Source of the DNA: Podospora anserina
Lineage: Eukaryota
Assembly (NCBI GenBank): GCA_017654855.1
Contig: CM030333.1
Coordinates: 1,488,001-1,552,000 of the forward strand
Length of the DNA stretch: 64,000 nucleotides
Direction: 5' to 3'
This document shows positions 36,718 through 49,976 of this stretch, piece by piece. How positions within the stretch are numbered: position 1 is the first letter of the stretch; the number at the start of each line of letters is the position of its first letter. The notes under the pieces are model-generated. The model had not been told where the DNA came from. It did not search any database and saw only the letters and a program-made list of their open reading frames with translations. Both the position numbers and the translations under genes were made by a program.

Positions 36718-38750
36718 TCATCTCTTCCTCTTCTTCCCCTTATCCCCCCCTCCAACCTCCGAGGCGTACTCCGCCCCGCCAGTCACCCCCCCGCCGAACC
36801 CACCCCCCATCATCGGCGGCAACGTCGTCATCGCAACCGGCGCAGCAGCAACCTCCTCCTTGACGAGCGGCACCCCCATGTGCCTCCCATACCTCCCCTT
36901 CCTCCCATTCCCCTCATCCTCGCTGATGCACTGATCCGCCCCCAGCCCCGCATCCTTGCACCGACCGCAAGGCCTCTGCCTGTCGCACCCCTTCTTGCTC
37001 TTGCGACACCTCTGGCAGCGAGGCTTGGTCGACAAGTCGGGGTGCTCGTCATCCCCGGCAGCAAGAGAAAGCCCGGTGTTGGACGCGACAGACTGCTTGC
37101 GTGAAGCCGGGAGCGAGGCCGGGGACATGGGACCCAAAGCGGCGGCGGTACCGCCGTTGACGGCTGCCGTCTTCACGGCCGCGGGCTCCTTCTTGACCTT
37201 GGGCTTCTGAGGCCGAGGCTTGGACTGCGCAGCAGCAGCCGCGGCAGCCGCGGCAGCCTTGGCTTGGTGAAGCGTGTTCGCCTTGAGCTTGGTTCTCGGC
37301 TTGGGAGCCGCCATGGCGGGCTTGGGGGCGCTGTCCGAGCAGTAACCATCTTCACCGCTCGTGTCGGCGCCGTCGGCGGGGCCGACAAAGTGGCTCTCTG
37401 TGGTATGGAGGACCTTCTTGTGGTGACCGGCAGCGTCGAGCTTCTGTCTCCGCGCCGCCGGCACGTCGTGATCGCTGTCCGCCTCGCTGGTGGCACCCGT
37501 CGACGAGGTGGCGTCCGCTCTGCCGCTAAAGGTGTCGTCCATGGTGGACGCCGACGTCCGGCCATGCGTGGAGATCTCACCCAGGCGCATAAGCTGGATG
37601 GCGACGTCCTTGTCTTCCTCAGACATGCAGCTGTTGGCGGTGCCGTCTGGTGTCGCCACCATGGGCATCCCCGGCGTGGCCGCGAAGCCGAAGCTGCCGC
37701 GCGAGCGCCGCATGTCACTGCTGGGCGTGGGGTACGTGGAAGGGTGCGCAAACCCGTTGTTGTAACTGTGTGGGGAGTGCAAAGAAGGCCGAGGATTGCT
37801 GAAGGGATTTGGCCCAGACTGAATATATGGCAGCGAGGGACGATGCTGATGATCAGCACGCCGCGCCGGTGAGACGGAAGGGTTGGACGTGGCCGCGGGC
37901 ATCTGCAGAGGGGCATAGAGAGGCAACTCCTGGAGACAAATAAAACTCATGTCAGAAACCAGCATTCACAACCCGTTAGACGACGTCTTCAACATACCGA
38001 GCTGTCAAACTTGGGACGCTTGCGACGGCCACCCTCGACGATATTGTCCACACTGATTTCCGTGTTGCCGAGATGGTCCTTGCTTTTGCTCGACGACGAG
38101 CCTGGCGCGCCGTCGCCGCTGCTGTAGCCGTTGAAGCTTTCACCGTGACTGTCGCCATTCAACTGCGATCTGTTCTTGACAGAACGTGACCGTACCTTCT
38201 TGGAGCCGGGGTTGTTGTTTGCCGAGCCGCTGCGACGTCCACGTCCGCCATTAGGCGAAGGGCTACGCAGGCGTGACGCAGGCGGCGAGTGAGGTCTGGC
38301 AAAGAGATGGTCATCTGGGCGCGGAGGTGGTGGCAGAGGCGACTGGGACATGAAGGTTTCGGCGGTATAAAAGTTGTGTTGGGGCGCTGGCGGGTGGTCA
38401 TAGGAATACGGCCGGGGAAGCTCGTCGTGAACCCGCACGGAAACGGTCATATCATGAACAAAGTTCTCGTAGTGGGGAATGAGGATGTTGCCCTCCGCAT
38501 CCTCAAAGCTTACGCCTTTGGAGATAGTCTGGGTGGTATACAGACCGTAAAAGTTCTTGACCGTCGACACGATCGACTCTGTGGCGTCGTGAGGGTAGAT
38601 CTTGACACGAAGGGGCAGGCGCCCCCGCGATGCCTGGAAGATCAAGACGAACGTAACCTGCTTGGGCTCCGCGACGGTACGGGGCGAGATGCTGCCGTTA
38701 GGCTGACCTGGGCGCCCCTGTCCTATCCCGGTTGGCGACATGGCTGCCAT
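36718..38750 (-). CDS. Putative transcription factor with C-terminal Zn(II)2Cys6 cluster; intron 37930-37997
   Basis: CQRCRKSKKGCDRQRPCGRCKDAGLGADQC; exons join as KFDSS/ELPL; terminal NLS-like KGKKRKR. Confidence 0.85.
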
Positions 38751-39415
38751 TGTATGATATGTATATGTGTATCTAGTGTATCGCACCGTCGACGGTGGCT
38801 TCGTAAAGGAGGTCGTGTGATGGAATGTGTGTCGCCGGTGGGGCTCAGCACCGTTGGTTTTGTTCGGTCGATAAAGGACTCAACAATCGCATTGGCAGTG
38901 GACAAGCGCTCGAAAAAGGCGACGAGGGTACAATGCCAACGGACGGGTCCGGCTTGAGGGGCGGATGGACAGTGGTCTATCCTTGATTGAGGTCACCGCC
39001 AGTGCCGCAAGGACCAAGCCGACTCTTGTGGGTGCTGCTGGGGTGGTGCCGGACGGTGTTGGGAAGTTGTTGGATCTGGACAGAGCAATGCGACGGTTAG
39101 AGCTGGGTGCAGATGGACAGCAGCAGGTAGAAGAGGCAATGCCATGAAGGGCTGATCGAACACAGGAAATGCGGTGGGGAACCAGGGGTGTAGGAATGCT
39201 CGATGGGTAGGAGGTAATGATGGTCGGGGTGCGAGCGCAACACAGCAAAAGCGGGTGCTCGTCGGGGGCAAGGCAAGCAAGCTTGCTTGAAAGCAGATAG
39301 AAGGTATACAGAGCAAGGTGTTGGGGTCGCAAGGGACGGAAGGGAGCGAGGAGGCTTACGGCAAGGTTGGGGAAGCGGTGGTGTCGTGGAGGAACTGAGC
39401 TGCGATTTCTTGTCG

Positions 39416-39459
<44 letters not shown>

Positions 39460-40712
39460 GTTGTTGAAGATGCGGGCCCGACCTAGTCAAGTCGGCAGAG
39501 TGTGAGCAAGGTGGGAGCAGAAGAAGAATCGGGCTAGCCGGAAGCCGGCGATGGGTGACGGGCGATGGGATGGGGTGCCGGGAGGGGGACAATGGCTTAC
39601 CAGAGGAACTTGGTTGGTTTGATGGCACCGGGTTGAGCAATTCGGAGGTTGTGGGCGAGGAAGAGAACGGAGGAGTCGCAAAGAATCTGCATTAAAAGAG
39701 CAGATGCCGGTAATCGCACACCCGCACACCAAACTGCCTGACCTTTGCGCGGATCCGTTCAGGGCAGTCCTCGACACTGTGCCACCGCGACACAATGGAG
39801 AGAGCAGCAGAACAGCAGAACAGCAGCAGAACAGCAGAACAGCAGAACAAACTGGACTGGAACAGATGGAACAGGCTGGACTGGCTTAAGGTATTGTGAA
39901 TGGATTCTTGATATCTGTGATTTGGGCAATTTCCGGCCTTGCGCTCCCCCCCGATCGCATCCTCATCTAGCTCTTGCGCCAGGGTGCGAGGAGCTGCCAA
40001 CTGGGCGCTTTTCGCACGGCCAGCCATCCACCCAGCCAGCGGAGCGCTTGCAGACGTGGTAATCCACACTGACCGCACCTAACCTTACCTCACCTCTGGC
40101 AAGCTTCCCGGTCACTGATCACCAGATGGCTTTTGCCAACCTGGCCTGGGTCACTCACACTCCCCCTGCCAGTGCATCTATTTTCAGGAAGCTTCTCTTC
40201 TGATGATGGGAGAAACCAAAGACTGCAAGAGACAGAAGGCAGAGCAGAGAACAGCAGTGGCTGCTGCTGCTTTGCTTTGTTGTTTCGGGTCTCTTGTATC
40301 ATGCACAGCGCATTCGGGGCGCATTCCGCTTTGCGCCGAGATCTGAGAAATGTGCGATATTCTTTCAGGGCAGGCACATTCCGATTCAAGACTTGGCTGT
40401 CATCTCTCTCTGTGCCAGGTCCTGTTTTCTTAGGTATTATTCCTTCTTATCACTCTTCCCAGGAGTAGAGTCCCAAAACATGCGATGGCGCAGTCTCCCG
40501 AAGTAGCAAGCAGCAGCAGGAGCAGTCAAGGCAAAGGCCCGCTGCATTGGAGGTGAGGTTGTGCGTGTCGAGAAGTGTCTGCACGAATACCAGTTTCTGA
40601 GAGATCATTTAATTCGCCTTCCGGTCGATCGAGACGATACATAGACCGCTCTCTTTTCTTCTTCTGCGCGCGGCTAAAATCCGTCAAGTGTTTTCCAGAC
40701 ACCCAAGACAGA

Positions 40713-40751
40713 CGCTGTTTACAGTCGCTGTTTACAGTCGCTGTTTACAGT
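40713..40751. promoter_or_regulatory. Three tandem 13-mers CGCTGTTTACAGT, each containing the forkhead consensus TGTTTAC
   Basis: The repeat is directly visible; the binding-site role is inferred. Confidence 0.4.
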
Positions 40752-43700
40752 CGCGAAGAAGAAGAAGAAGCTTGATGCTTGCCTTGCAAGGCGCATATAC
40801 CGACATGCAGTCTACGAAACACGGGCTGCTCACCGGGGAAGCCCTCCTTCTCCTGGGCCTCACCAATCATGACCATGGGGGAAGCCGTTGTTGGTCTGAC
40901 CATTTAGGACCGCCTGGTATTCTTGGGCACACAACACAAGAGCTCAAATGTAGGGTCAACGCCCTGGGTCCCCTCTGGCCAGTGGCCAAGTCGAGCCCAC
41001 AGGATGAGAATGCGCCAGAGAGGTTCATGAACCCCCCAAGGTGCCCGTTGCAGCCATCTCGAACCCCTCCATCGGCCAATGGCAGTCGCCAGCAAGGTAG
41101 CGCAGCAACAGGGGTCTGCTGTAGATGTGCCTGGCACTGATAGGCAGGACTGCCCAAGCCCAGCTGTCGTGGACAAGAAAATAAACACTGCCACTCGATA
41201 GATAAGTATTATCTTGTCCACAAGGTGGCCAGCAAGGTGGCGCCGTGGCCCTACCTGCAGCAGAGCAGTTGCATTTTCAGATAAAATCTCCGCTGATGGG
41301 CAGAGATTCCAGAGATGTATGGTCAGATTCCACGGGAGACACAACGGCGCAAGCCGTCCAGATATCAGACTGGGCTCACCGCAAATGCGCGGGGTATTGA
41401 TGGAAAGATTGTGAGATTGTGAGAGATCGCAAAAGATAAGGAACGCCGGGCAAACGGGGAGCTTCCGGCATTGACCGAAGCAGCATGCAGAGGCGCACAA
41501 CTGATATGGATAGCAAAAAGTCTGAAATGAACTGTTTGCCTGCCCCGCGGCTGGCTCCCCCTCAGTGGCATTAAGGTTGTCTTGGGCCGAGTGTATTCGA
41601 GGCAAGCCGGCCGTTTGTTCCCTCTTTTTGGCAATTGTTGTGAGGTAACTTTGTGTGCGCTGCGCGAGCGCGGGTGTGCCGTCCTTGGTTTGTAGAGGGG
41701 AGGATCGGGCGCGGCTCGATGCGCTGGCAAAGTTTCAAATGCAGAGCCTGCATCGAATCATCGCGCCAGATTCTCCGAGTTCTCCCAAGTGTCAGACCGT
41801 CAACAAAAGGACCCGCAGACCCGCCTATTACCTGTCACTGCTCTATTATTCGTGATTCTTGGTCCTTGGGGACGGCCGTGGTCACCTCGAAGCTCGCTGT
41901 TGCAGAAAACGCTAACAAGGTGGTGGTGATATCTCCAAGTCAAGATGCTAGTGTACCCCTCTACGCTCGCCATCCATCACAACTACCGCATGCAGCTCAG
42001 GCCCGGACGAGCGCACTTGCGTCCATGGCACTTCCCACCCCGCTCCACCTTTGACGGAGGAGACGGACAGCTGGAGGCGAGCGAGGAAGCGAGGAGAGGA
42101 AGCAATTCTCTCTGGGCAGTAGGGGGGAGGGGTCTTGGTTGGTGGCGGGTCGTACATGCACGTACATAACATAGAGCTTTGGCTGGACTCCTGGACATTT
42201 GCTGGAGGTGAGTGACTGTCAGCGCCAGTGGCTTCCATTCCGTGGATCTTGGCTGCTTCCATGACCGCAACGGCACCCTTGCCCGTTTCCAGCGCCCGAT
42301 CTGCAACCGCCAGACGCCCTCGATTCCCCTCCTCTTTGCTTGATGTCCCGGCTTTGTCGCAAGAGTCTCTGGCGGGCTTTCCGGACAGGATCCAGCCATT
42401 GGTGTCACCAGGTACCACGGCGCATTGTTTTTGGAAGGTTGCGACCACTCCATCCGTCATGTTTGTCGCAACCAAACTCACAAAGAGACAAAAGAGTCCG
42501 TCCACGATCCTGTGGGGCACACACAACTAAGAAGCTCCGGCCCCACACCATTGGCTCGTGGCTTCGTTGTTCCCCAGATCTGACCAAACACTTGACACTC
42601 CGGAGGAGAATACACAGTAGCTCAGAGCAGGTAGGCATGGTGGCATGCCCTCGCAACGAGGAGGGGGACGGTCCCTGTTTTCGCCACGCCCACAAAAACC
42701 TTGACGTGTGTGCCAATGTCGCAGAAAGGGCACACGTTGCTGATTGCGCTACATAAATCGAAGCTGCGCAAGAGATCGCATCATATTAAGCAGCCTACTC
42801 CGCAGCGGAGCGAGTCGCGGAAGAAGCCACCAGCAAAACCCACCCCTGCTATCGACCGACCGTCGCTTCGCGGCAGGGCACATCCGTTCCGTTGGCAAAG
42901 TCAAAGTTTCAATTGCTCAGGTGGGCGCCGTCTCTTTGTGAGGAGGTAGCGTAGGATTCCACCACATGGCACATGCGATCGAAGCTCAAGTTGGAGGGAG
43001 TGGAGGGGTTCTTCTCCTCTTGTCACATTCTGCAAGAGGGGTCGAGGACCGTCGAGGCAATTTATGGTCCCGGAGCAGGGTTTCTCGGTGTCGCCTATGG
43101 ACTGTCCAAACCTCGCGTTGACCGGAGTCTCTGGAAAACGAAGAGAAAAGTAGAGTTAATACCCGGTTCTCCAGAAGCTCTGGTAACTTCTCGTGTTGAT
43201 ACACAAGGCGTGCTTCAGCCATTGCTGCGCCGGGTTAGATGGCTGGTAGTGCTTAGGTAGGTATCGGCGGCCGTTGGTCAAGTGGCCCGACTTCTCCACC
43301 CACCGCCGCCGCGCTGAAAGTTTTCCTTTGGATGGGGATCCTGGCCCATGGCTGGTTCCGGAATGGCCTCGTCAGGCTGCGATTTATCCTCTTGAGAATC
43401 TGGGAGAAGAGAAAGATCGAAATTGGCGACTGACAATAGGAAAGTCGTGATTGAATAGAACCTCAAAGTCCAGCAAGGTTCTCACGTGACAACGCGAACG
43501 GGGGCGGGCCCCGGTCTGCCCCGCTACGCGTAAAAGCTGGTGGCAGGGAAAATGAAAAAGACGCAGCTGTGGACCAATAGGAGTGCGATAAAGAGGAAAC
43601 AATGGTAGGTGCCAGCTCTGGGTAGAGATTAGGGTTGATATAAGTCGAGAATGGTTTGTGAGAAATAATGTGGTGGGATTTGCTGTAGCTTGCTTAATTA

Positions 43701-44776
43701 AGGTCCTGGAGAAGTTGACGCGCCGGTCGCGAAAAAGGCCAGTGCCCAGACGGCGGGGGCTACGTCACCCCATGGAAGAGTTATGTAAGCTTTGAGCATG
43801 CTTGTTGATTACTGGTGCGAGACAACACATGCATCGTTAGTCTGCTGGATTTGGGCTTGCAGACTCCACGATGGAGATCAGAACTCCATAGTTGACCTAC
43901 CCGGCCGGGCTGAGATGGAGAATGGCAAGGCTGTAAGTGATGATGATGATGGCCATGTTCTTCAAATGTGAAATTTCAAAGGGCATTTGATGCTGTTTTG
44001 TTCCTATCCCAGGAATTGGAACATGTGCATATGATTGGGGTCGCCGTAACAACCCAGACGGGCATGCACGGACCACACCGCCCAAATGGAACTCTGTCTG
44101 TGTTTACTTGCATCTTGTCAATAAACACATGGTGAAAAACATTCTCGCTGTCTCTTTAACCTTTGCTCCACCCGCGACCTCTGCTGTTGGAAGGTTCTTG
44201 TCGGCATCGCACAGCAATCGTTGCTTCAGGTTCCTCTTACTCATGTCCTTGACCTCGATACAGTGAGTGAAGGCGCGCCCCGCTTGACGCTTGACCGTGT
44301 CGAATTTATTGAGGTGCCTTCCCGACACCCACGCGCCCTCCTTCCCGCTGCGCTGGTATTTTTGCGACGCCGTGGCAACCAGCGCCCACGATAGCCTCAC
44401 CAGCCCCCCGCCTTGCTCTCCTCGTTGCTCCGCTTTATATCTCGATGCCCTCAAGCCTATTCGCCGGCTTCCCAGTATTGTCAACAGGAAGAATCCATCC
44501 CGAGGGACGACGATAAAGTATTCAGTTTCGATTCAGGAGCGGGGACCACCTTTTCTCTGCCCTCTGCTCTCTGCTCTCCTCGCAACAACAACCACATCGC
44601 CTTCTTCCACCACTACCTCACTTTTCCAGAGACCAAAGACTTCTTCTCTGACTCGACAACTGCCATCTCAACCGCTCGTCTCATCGTTCCCGCAACCAAG
44701 ACGATATCCAGAAGGAAAAAGGTCTTTGCGACAACAGCCTCAACCAACATCAAATAGAAGGTAAAAATCCGACATC

Positions 44777-47084
44777 ATGGATGCCAAGGTATGTCTTTTT
44801 GCCCAGAACTCCTCCCCACTTCCTCCCTCTACCCAATTCTGCCATCCCATCATCGTTGGTCGCAAGTCCACGAGCGCCCACCTTGCCCCTCCACTTTTGA
44901 CTTGCTCAGGTGGAAAGCCTCGTGGTCTATTCACCGTCTGAAGTCGCTCGAGACGAGCTTCTACATAACCCAGACCGTTCTGCCGAATCTTCCATGACAG
45001 ACAGGCTAACCAACTTCTCTTCCCGAAATAGCCTCAGCGCCCTCTGCGCATCTACCAAGCCGCCCCTCCTATCACCGAGCACATCCATTCTAACAAGCCC
45101 TCCTTGCACCAGCGAAACAAGTCCGTTGGCACCGTCAAGATTATGGCCAACACGGGTGCCCTCAACGCTCCTCCCAAGAGAGTCATCCTCCACGATTTGA
45201 GCAACACCAATCGCCCCTTGGCCGACGAGCCCATCGGTAAGGCTGTTCGCGCTCGCGCCAAGTCGGTTGTTAATGCTGCCGCTCCTACTGTCGCCGGAGC
45301 CGGTCGCAACGACGAGAAGGAGAACCACCAGGTTGCGCCTGCTCCGGTTGCAAAGTCCTACAACGTGGCTCCGGTCGATGTCACAAAGCCCACCGCTCGT
45401 AACGCCAACAGCCTCAACCAGCAACGTCCCGTCGGCGCCCTTGCCCAACCTCCTCTGAAGAATGGTGTTCCCAGGAACATCAAGCCCACCATGATCTACA
45501 GAGACAGCAATGAGCAGGAAGTTGCCGGTCGTGTCGAGCTTCTTACCAACGTTGACGATCTGGTTGCCATGGTTGACAAGCAGATTAAGCGCCCGCGTCA
45601 ATACAAGAGCCAGCCATCCTTGAAGGCAGAGCAGGCCTCCCAGAAGCCGACCCAGTCCAAGGCTGCGGTCCAGACCGAGAAGCTCGCCGAGCTCGATGAC
45701 GAGAGCGATTTCGACGACAATGTTACCGAGGCGGCTTACGAGGACGCCGTGGAGCAGATTTCGTACGACACCGCCGGCATTGGCAACCGCAATCTGGTTG
45801 AGCTCGAGTCCGATGTGTCCGTTTCCATCACGCAGGTGGCCAAGTCCCTTCCCACAGCTGAGGAGGACGAGTATTCGGACGAGGATCACTCGGGTGTTTA
45901 CGAGGATCATGGATACACGACAGCCCACTCCTATCGGTCTCATGGGGACAACACCACGGGCGGACTGACCACCATGGTAGCTCCTGCTTCCAGCCTCAAT
46001 GCGCAGAGAGAGCTTGCCATTGCCAAGGACTGGGTTCTTTCTACTCAGACGGAGGAAGAGATTGAGGAAGAGGCCTGGGACGTGAGCATGGTGGCCGAGT
46101 ATGGCGAAGAGATCTTTGCTTACATGAGACAGCTCGAGGTATGTACTTTTTGCAGTGGAGCGCGTCAGGAGCCACGGAACTAACAGTTTTGTTTTGTGCA
46201 GAATTCCATGGTCCCCAATCCCCACTACATGGATAACCAGACCGAAATCCAGTGGTCGATGCGCGCAGTTCTTATGGACTGGTTGATTCAGGTACATCAC
46301 CGGTTTTGCCTGCTCCCCGAGACGCTGTTTCTCACCGTCAACTACATTGACCGCTTCCTATCGGTCAAGATTGTCTCGCTCGGCAAGCTCCAACTTGTCG
46401 GCGCCACGGCCCTCTTCGTTGCCGCCAAGTACGAGGAGATCAACTGCCCATCAGTCCAGGAAATTGTGTACATGGTCGACTCGGGCTACAACGTGGACGA
46501 GATCCTCAAGGCGGAGCGCTTCATGCTTAGTATGCTTCAGTTTGAGCTCGGCTGGCCCGGTCCCATGAGCTTTCTGCGTCGCATTAGCAAGGCTGATGAT
46601 TACGAGTTGGAGACTCGCACTCTGGCCAAGTATTTCTTGGAGGTCACCATCATGGACGAGCGCTTTGTTGGCAGCCCTGCCAGCTACATTGCCGCCGGTG
46701 CCCACTGCATCTCTCGCATGTTCCTTGAGAAGGGCGATTGGGTATGTAGTTCTTGTCTTGCGTCTTGTGGCATCTCGGATACTAACCGTTCTCCAGACTC
46801 TTTCTCACGTTCACTACTCTGGCTACACCTTGAGCCAGCTCAAGCCACTCATCAACATGATGTTTGAATGCTGCCGCGAGCCTCGCAAGCACCACAGCGC
46901 CGTCTATGATAAATACTCGTCCCCCAAGTACAAGAACGCCTCGACCTATGTTGAGGCCAAGATGCTTCGTGGGGTTACGCTGTCCTACCTCTACAGCGCC
47001 ATGGCCGAGGCCGCGAGCTCGTCGGGCTCCGAGTGTGAGGCCTTCCGCGCCAACCACCACTTGCCTGTTGCCCTTGAGGCCTAA
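44777..47084 (+). CDS. B-type cyclin (Clb3-like); 12-nt first coding exon; introns 44789-45031, 46139-46201, 46742-46796
   Basis: Destruction-box-like KRVILHDLSN; cyclin box MRAVLMDWLIQVHHRF.LLPETLFLTVNYIDRFLS..KLQLVG..AAKYEE. Confidence 0.93.
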
Positions 47085-49791
47085 GTCTCGGACCTCGCTT
47101 CCGCCCAGAAACCATGTTGACAGGCTCTTCACTTCGATGTACTTGTTCATTGCGACAACCTCAAGCATGCATTTGCTGGAAACCGTCGCAGCACCACAGC
47201 ATGGATCTCATTTCTTGATCTTGCCACGTTGGTGCTTCACCTTTTTGTTTTCTGGGCCAGCAAGCGTCTTTTGGCATTTGCCCTCGACACAAACAGACAC
47301 CAAAAGGTTGTGGCAGAGATTTTTTGGTCTTGCTATCGGCCACCACCAAATAATTTCTTTGTTTTCTTCGTTTTCTTTTCTTCCGCTTTTATTCTCGCAT
47401 CGGAGGTTTTTTCTTCTTCTTTCCAGGCACTCGTCGCAACGTCTCGCTATTTCAATGCAACCCATCATGCATTAGATTTTTGCGGAACACTGCGTCTTGG
47501 CTAATGGGACAGACTTCCAGGATTCGATGCACACAATGTTTTTTTCCACGACAACCACCAAAAAGTCGACAGAAACATATTCGCCCTTCTGACGATGTGA
47601 CGAATGCCCTCTCACGATACCTTGTCTTTTTTGCCCATTTCTTTGCGCAAAAATTTCCCTTGTTCTCATGTCAATACGGTTTTCTTTTTTTTTGTCACGA
47701 TTGCGAAGCAATGAAGGTTTGAGGGTTGGTTGGTGATCCTGAGCAAAGCATTCATGGCTGTTATTTACATGGCGTTGTTTGGGTGGTACAAAGGCATTCG
47801 GGAATTGGGAGGTTAGGGGGAACATTCTGGTGGTGGGAGGGTGGTGGTGGTTTATATGGAAATGATATCCCCGTGGCTTATTGATGACACCCTGAAGAGA
47901 GGTGGTCAACAAAGCTGCAAGCAAGCAAGGCGTCTTTTTTTTCTTCTCGGTTCTCTTTCTGGGAAATGGAATGGGGGGTTATCTGGGATTGTGGGGGAGG
48001 GGGGGGCTGGTGTTTTATGGGTGGTTGGGAAATTGTGTGTTTTTATGTCTGCTGCCTTTTTTTTTCTTTCTTTTTTCTTTTCCAACCAGGATCATTGGAG
48101 GGACAATGCTGTTTGTTTCTCTTTTAGAAAGGAGGGGTTGGGGGGGAAAGGAAGGTGTTTGGGGCTGGCGGGCTACTATTATGTGTATAAATTATAATAT
48201 TTTCTGGGGGCATGATGGCTATTTTCTTTTGATATTTTTTCTTCTCTCTGTTATGGAGGGAGGGATAGATATTAGGGGTGGGCATCACATTATGGGACTA
48301 AGTTCGATTGAGGGGTTTAGATGCCAATAGATGTGACACGGTGTTGTCTTATTGATTTGGGGATGGGAGTGATGTGAGTGAGGTGAGTGAGGTGAGTGAT
48401 GTGAATGATGTGAATGATGCTCACTCTTGTGACTGTTTGATGACCATCTCAACTGTCATTTTCTCTGCAGTATCATATGGTACCTGATATACACTCCCTT
48501 ACACTTGAATTGTTATTATGAAGAGCAAGTTCAATGTGAGAGACCCCTCGCTGTGTTCAAAACAAGATAGTACAGCCAGATCACCTTCTACACAAGAAGG
48601 AAATTATATAGGCCAAGTCTTCAAAGGGATGCCATGTGGCTTTATGTGATGCTGAGACATTCATCTTGCAGAAAAACGCAAGGGATCAGGTGATGATCTC
48701 ATGATACTAACTAGTGGAAACACAAATTCAAGACTATGGGTGGTGTCAAAACATCAGATGTCTTCTAGAAACAAACAGCTTTTCTATATCAGTGAGGTGT
48801 GAGAAGAGATGGCATTGACGTCTGACAGGATGGAAAGGGGGGTTGCCTGTCAGTGACTGTCAGTTGAAACGCTGGTGCAGATCTTGAAGAATTTAAGCTT
48901 TTTTGTGGCCCCCCTGGTTGTTGGCGATCTTGGGGGGATCCCCGTGGCCTTCCTTTTTTGGTGTCCGAGATCTTCTGGGAAATTGACGGGAGTAGTTGGT
49001 CACCTGAGGCTATTACGAGTTCAGAGAGTGAAATGAGGGTATAGGGCCTGGAGCATCACCCCCTCATGGAGGCAAGTGAACCTCGGAGTGTCCGGGTGTT
49101 TTTCGGCTTGGGGTTACAAGTCCAGACCGGCGTGGGTCGGAGGGCGGCTCCCGCGCTGCCGAGCCAAATCACTCTCGGCTATTGTGTAACTGGATCCCGC
49201 TGCCAAGAACCTGTTTTCCCACACCCCCCACTGTTTGACCTGGTGAATTGCTGGTTGGGATTGGTCAGGTGGTGGGGAAGCCTGGGGAAGTTATGAGTGG
49301 AAAAAAAAGAGGAACTGCGACTTCACTTTTTTTTCCTGGGTACTAGGCAAGGCTCAGAATTTTGTGGTGTTTTTTTTTCTTTTTTTTTTTTTTCCATACC
49401 TCGTTCTCGTTCTTGTTCTGCCCCAGATTTGGACGTGATCCACTTCTTTTTTTTTTTTTTTTTCGCAAAGACCCTTGACCCCGTCGTCTCCGGTTCGGCA
49501 GACTCCATCCCACATCCCTCCTCTTTCCGTTGTTGTCCTGTCCCAGTTGTCCAGCCCCCCCCTCCCCTCCCCTTCTTTGGCAGGAACAGTCATCAGACAC
49601 CTTTCGTTGTTGACAGACAACTTTTTTGTTGCGCATTGCGAGGCTTGAGTCAGAAACCCTTTACCTACCCGCGAGTCCCAAGCCACCACAACTCTTCCTC
49701 GTGTGACACAAACCTTCGTCTGTCATTTTTTTTGTTTTTTAAACGACGACCTCGGTTTCTGTTTTTCTCCCTCGCTCGCAATCTCTTTGCG

Positions 49792-49921
49792 GTACGCAAC
49801 CCACGTCTTTTGCCAGCGCGCAAATTGACTCAACTTCGGCCACTTCGCGACCCCACACTTTATAGGCTGATTGCGACAACGGCGTTAACGGCTTGAGTGC
49901 TGTTGGTGCTGACTGAACCAG
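49792..49921 (+). other. Probable 5'-UTR intron of the AGC1 gene
   Basis: GTACGC donor, GCTGAC branch site and CAG acceptor 55 nt upstream of the ATG. Confidence 0.45.
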
Positions 49922-49976
49922 TTCAACGTCGTTCGTTTCGCAAATATCAAGCATCTAGACTAGACACACAACAAAC

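Noticed and set aside
48685-48860. GTGATGA..CTGA as a second snoRNA, and the CTGACAGG/CCTGTCAG hairpin
   Set aside because: No recognisable rRNA antisense element or terminal stem.
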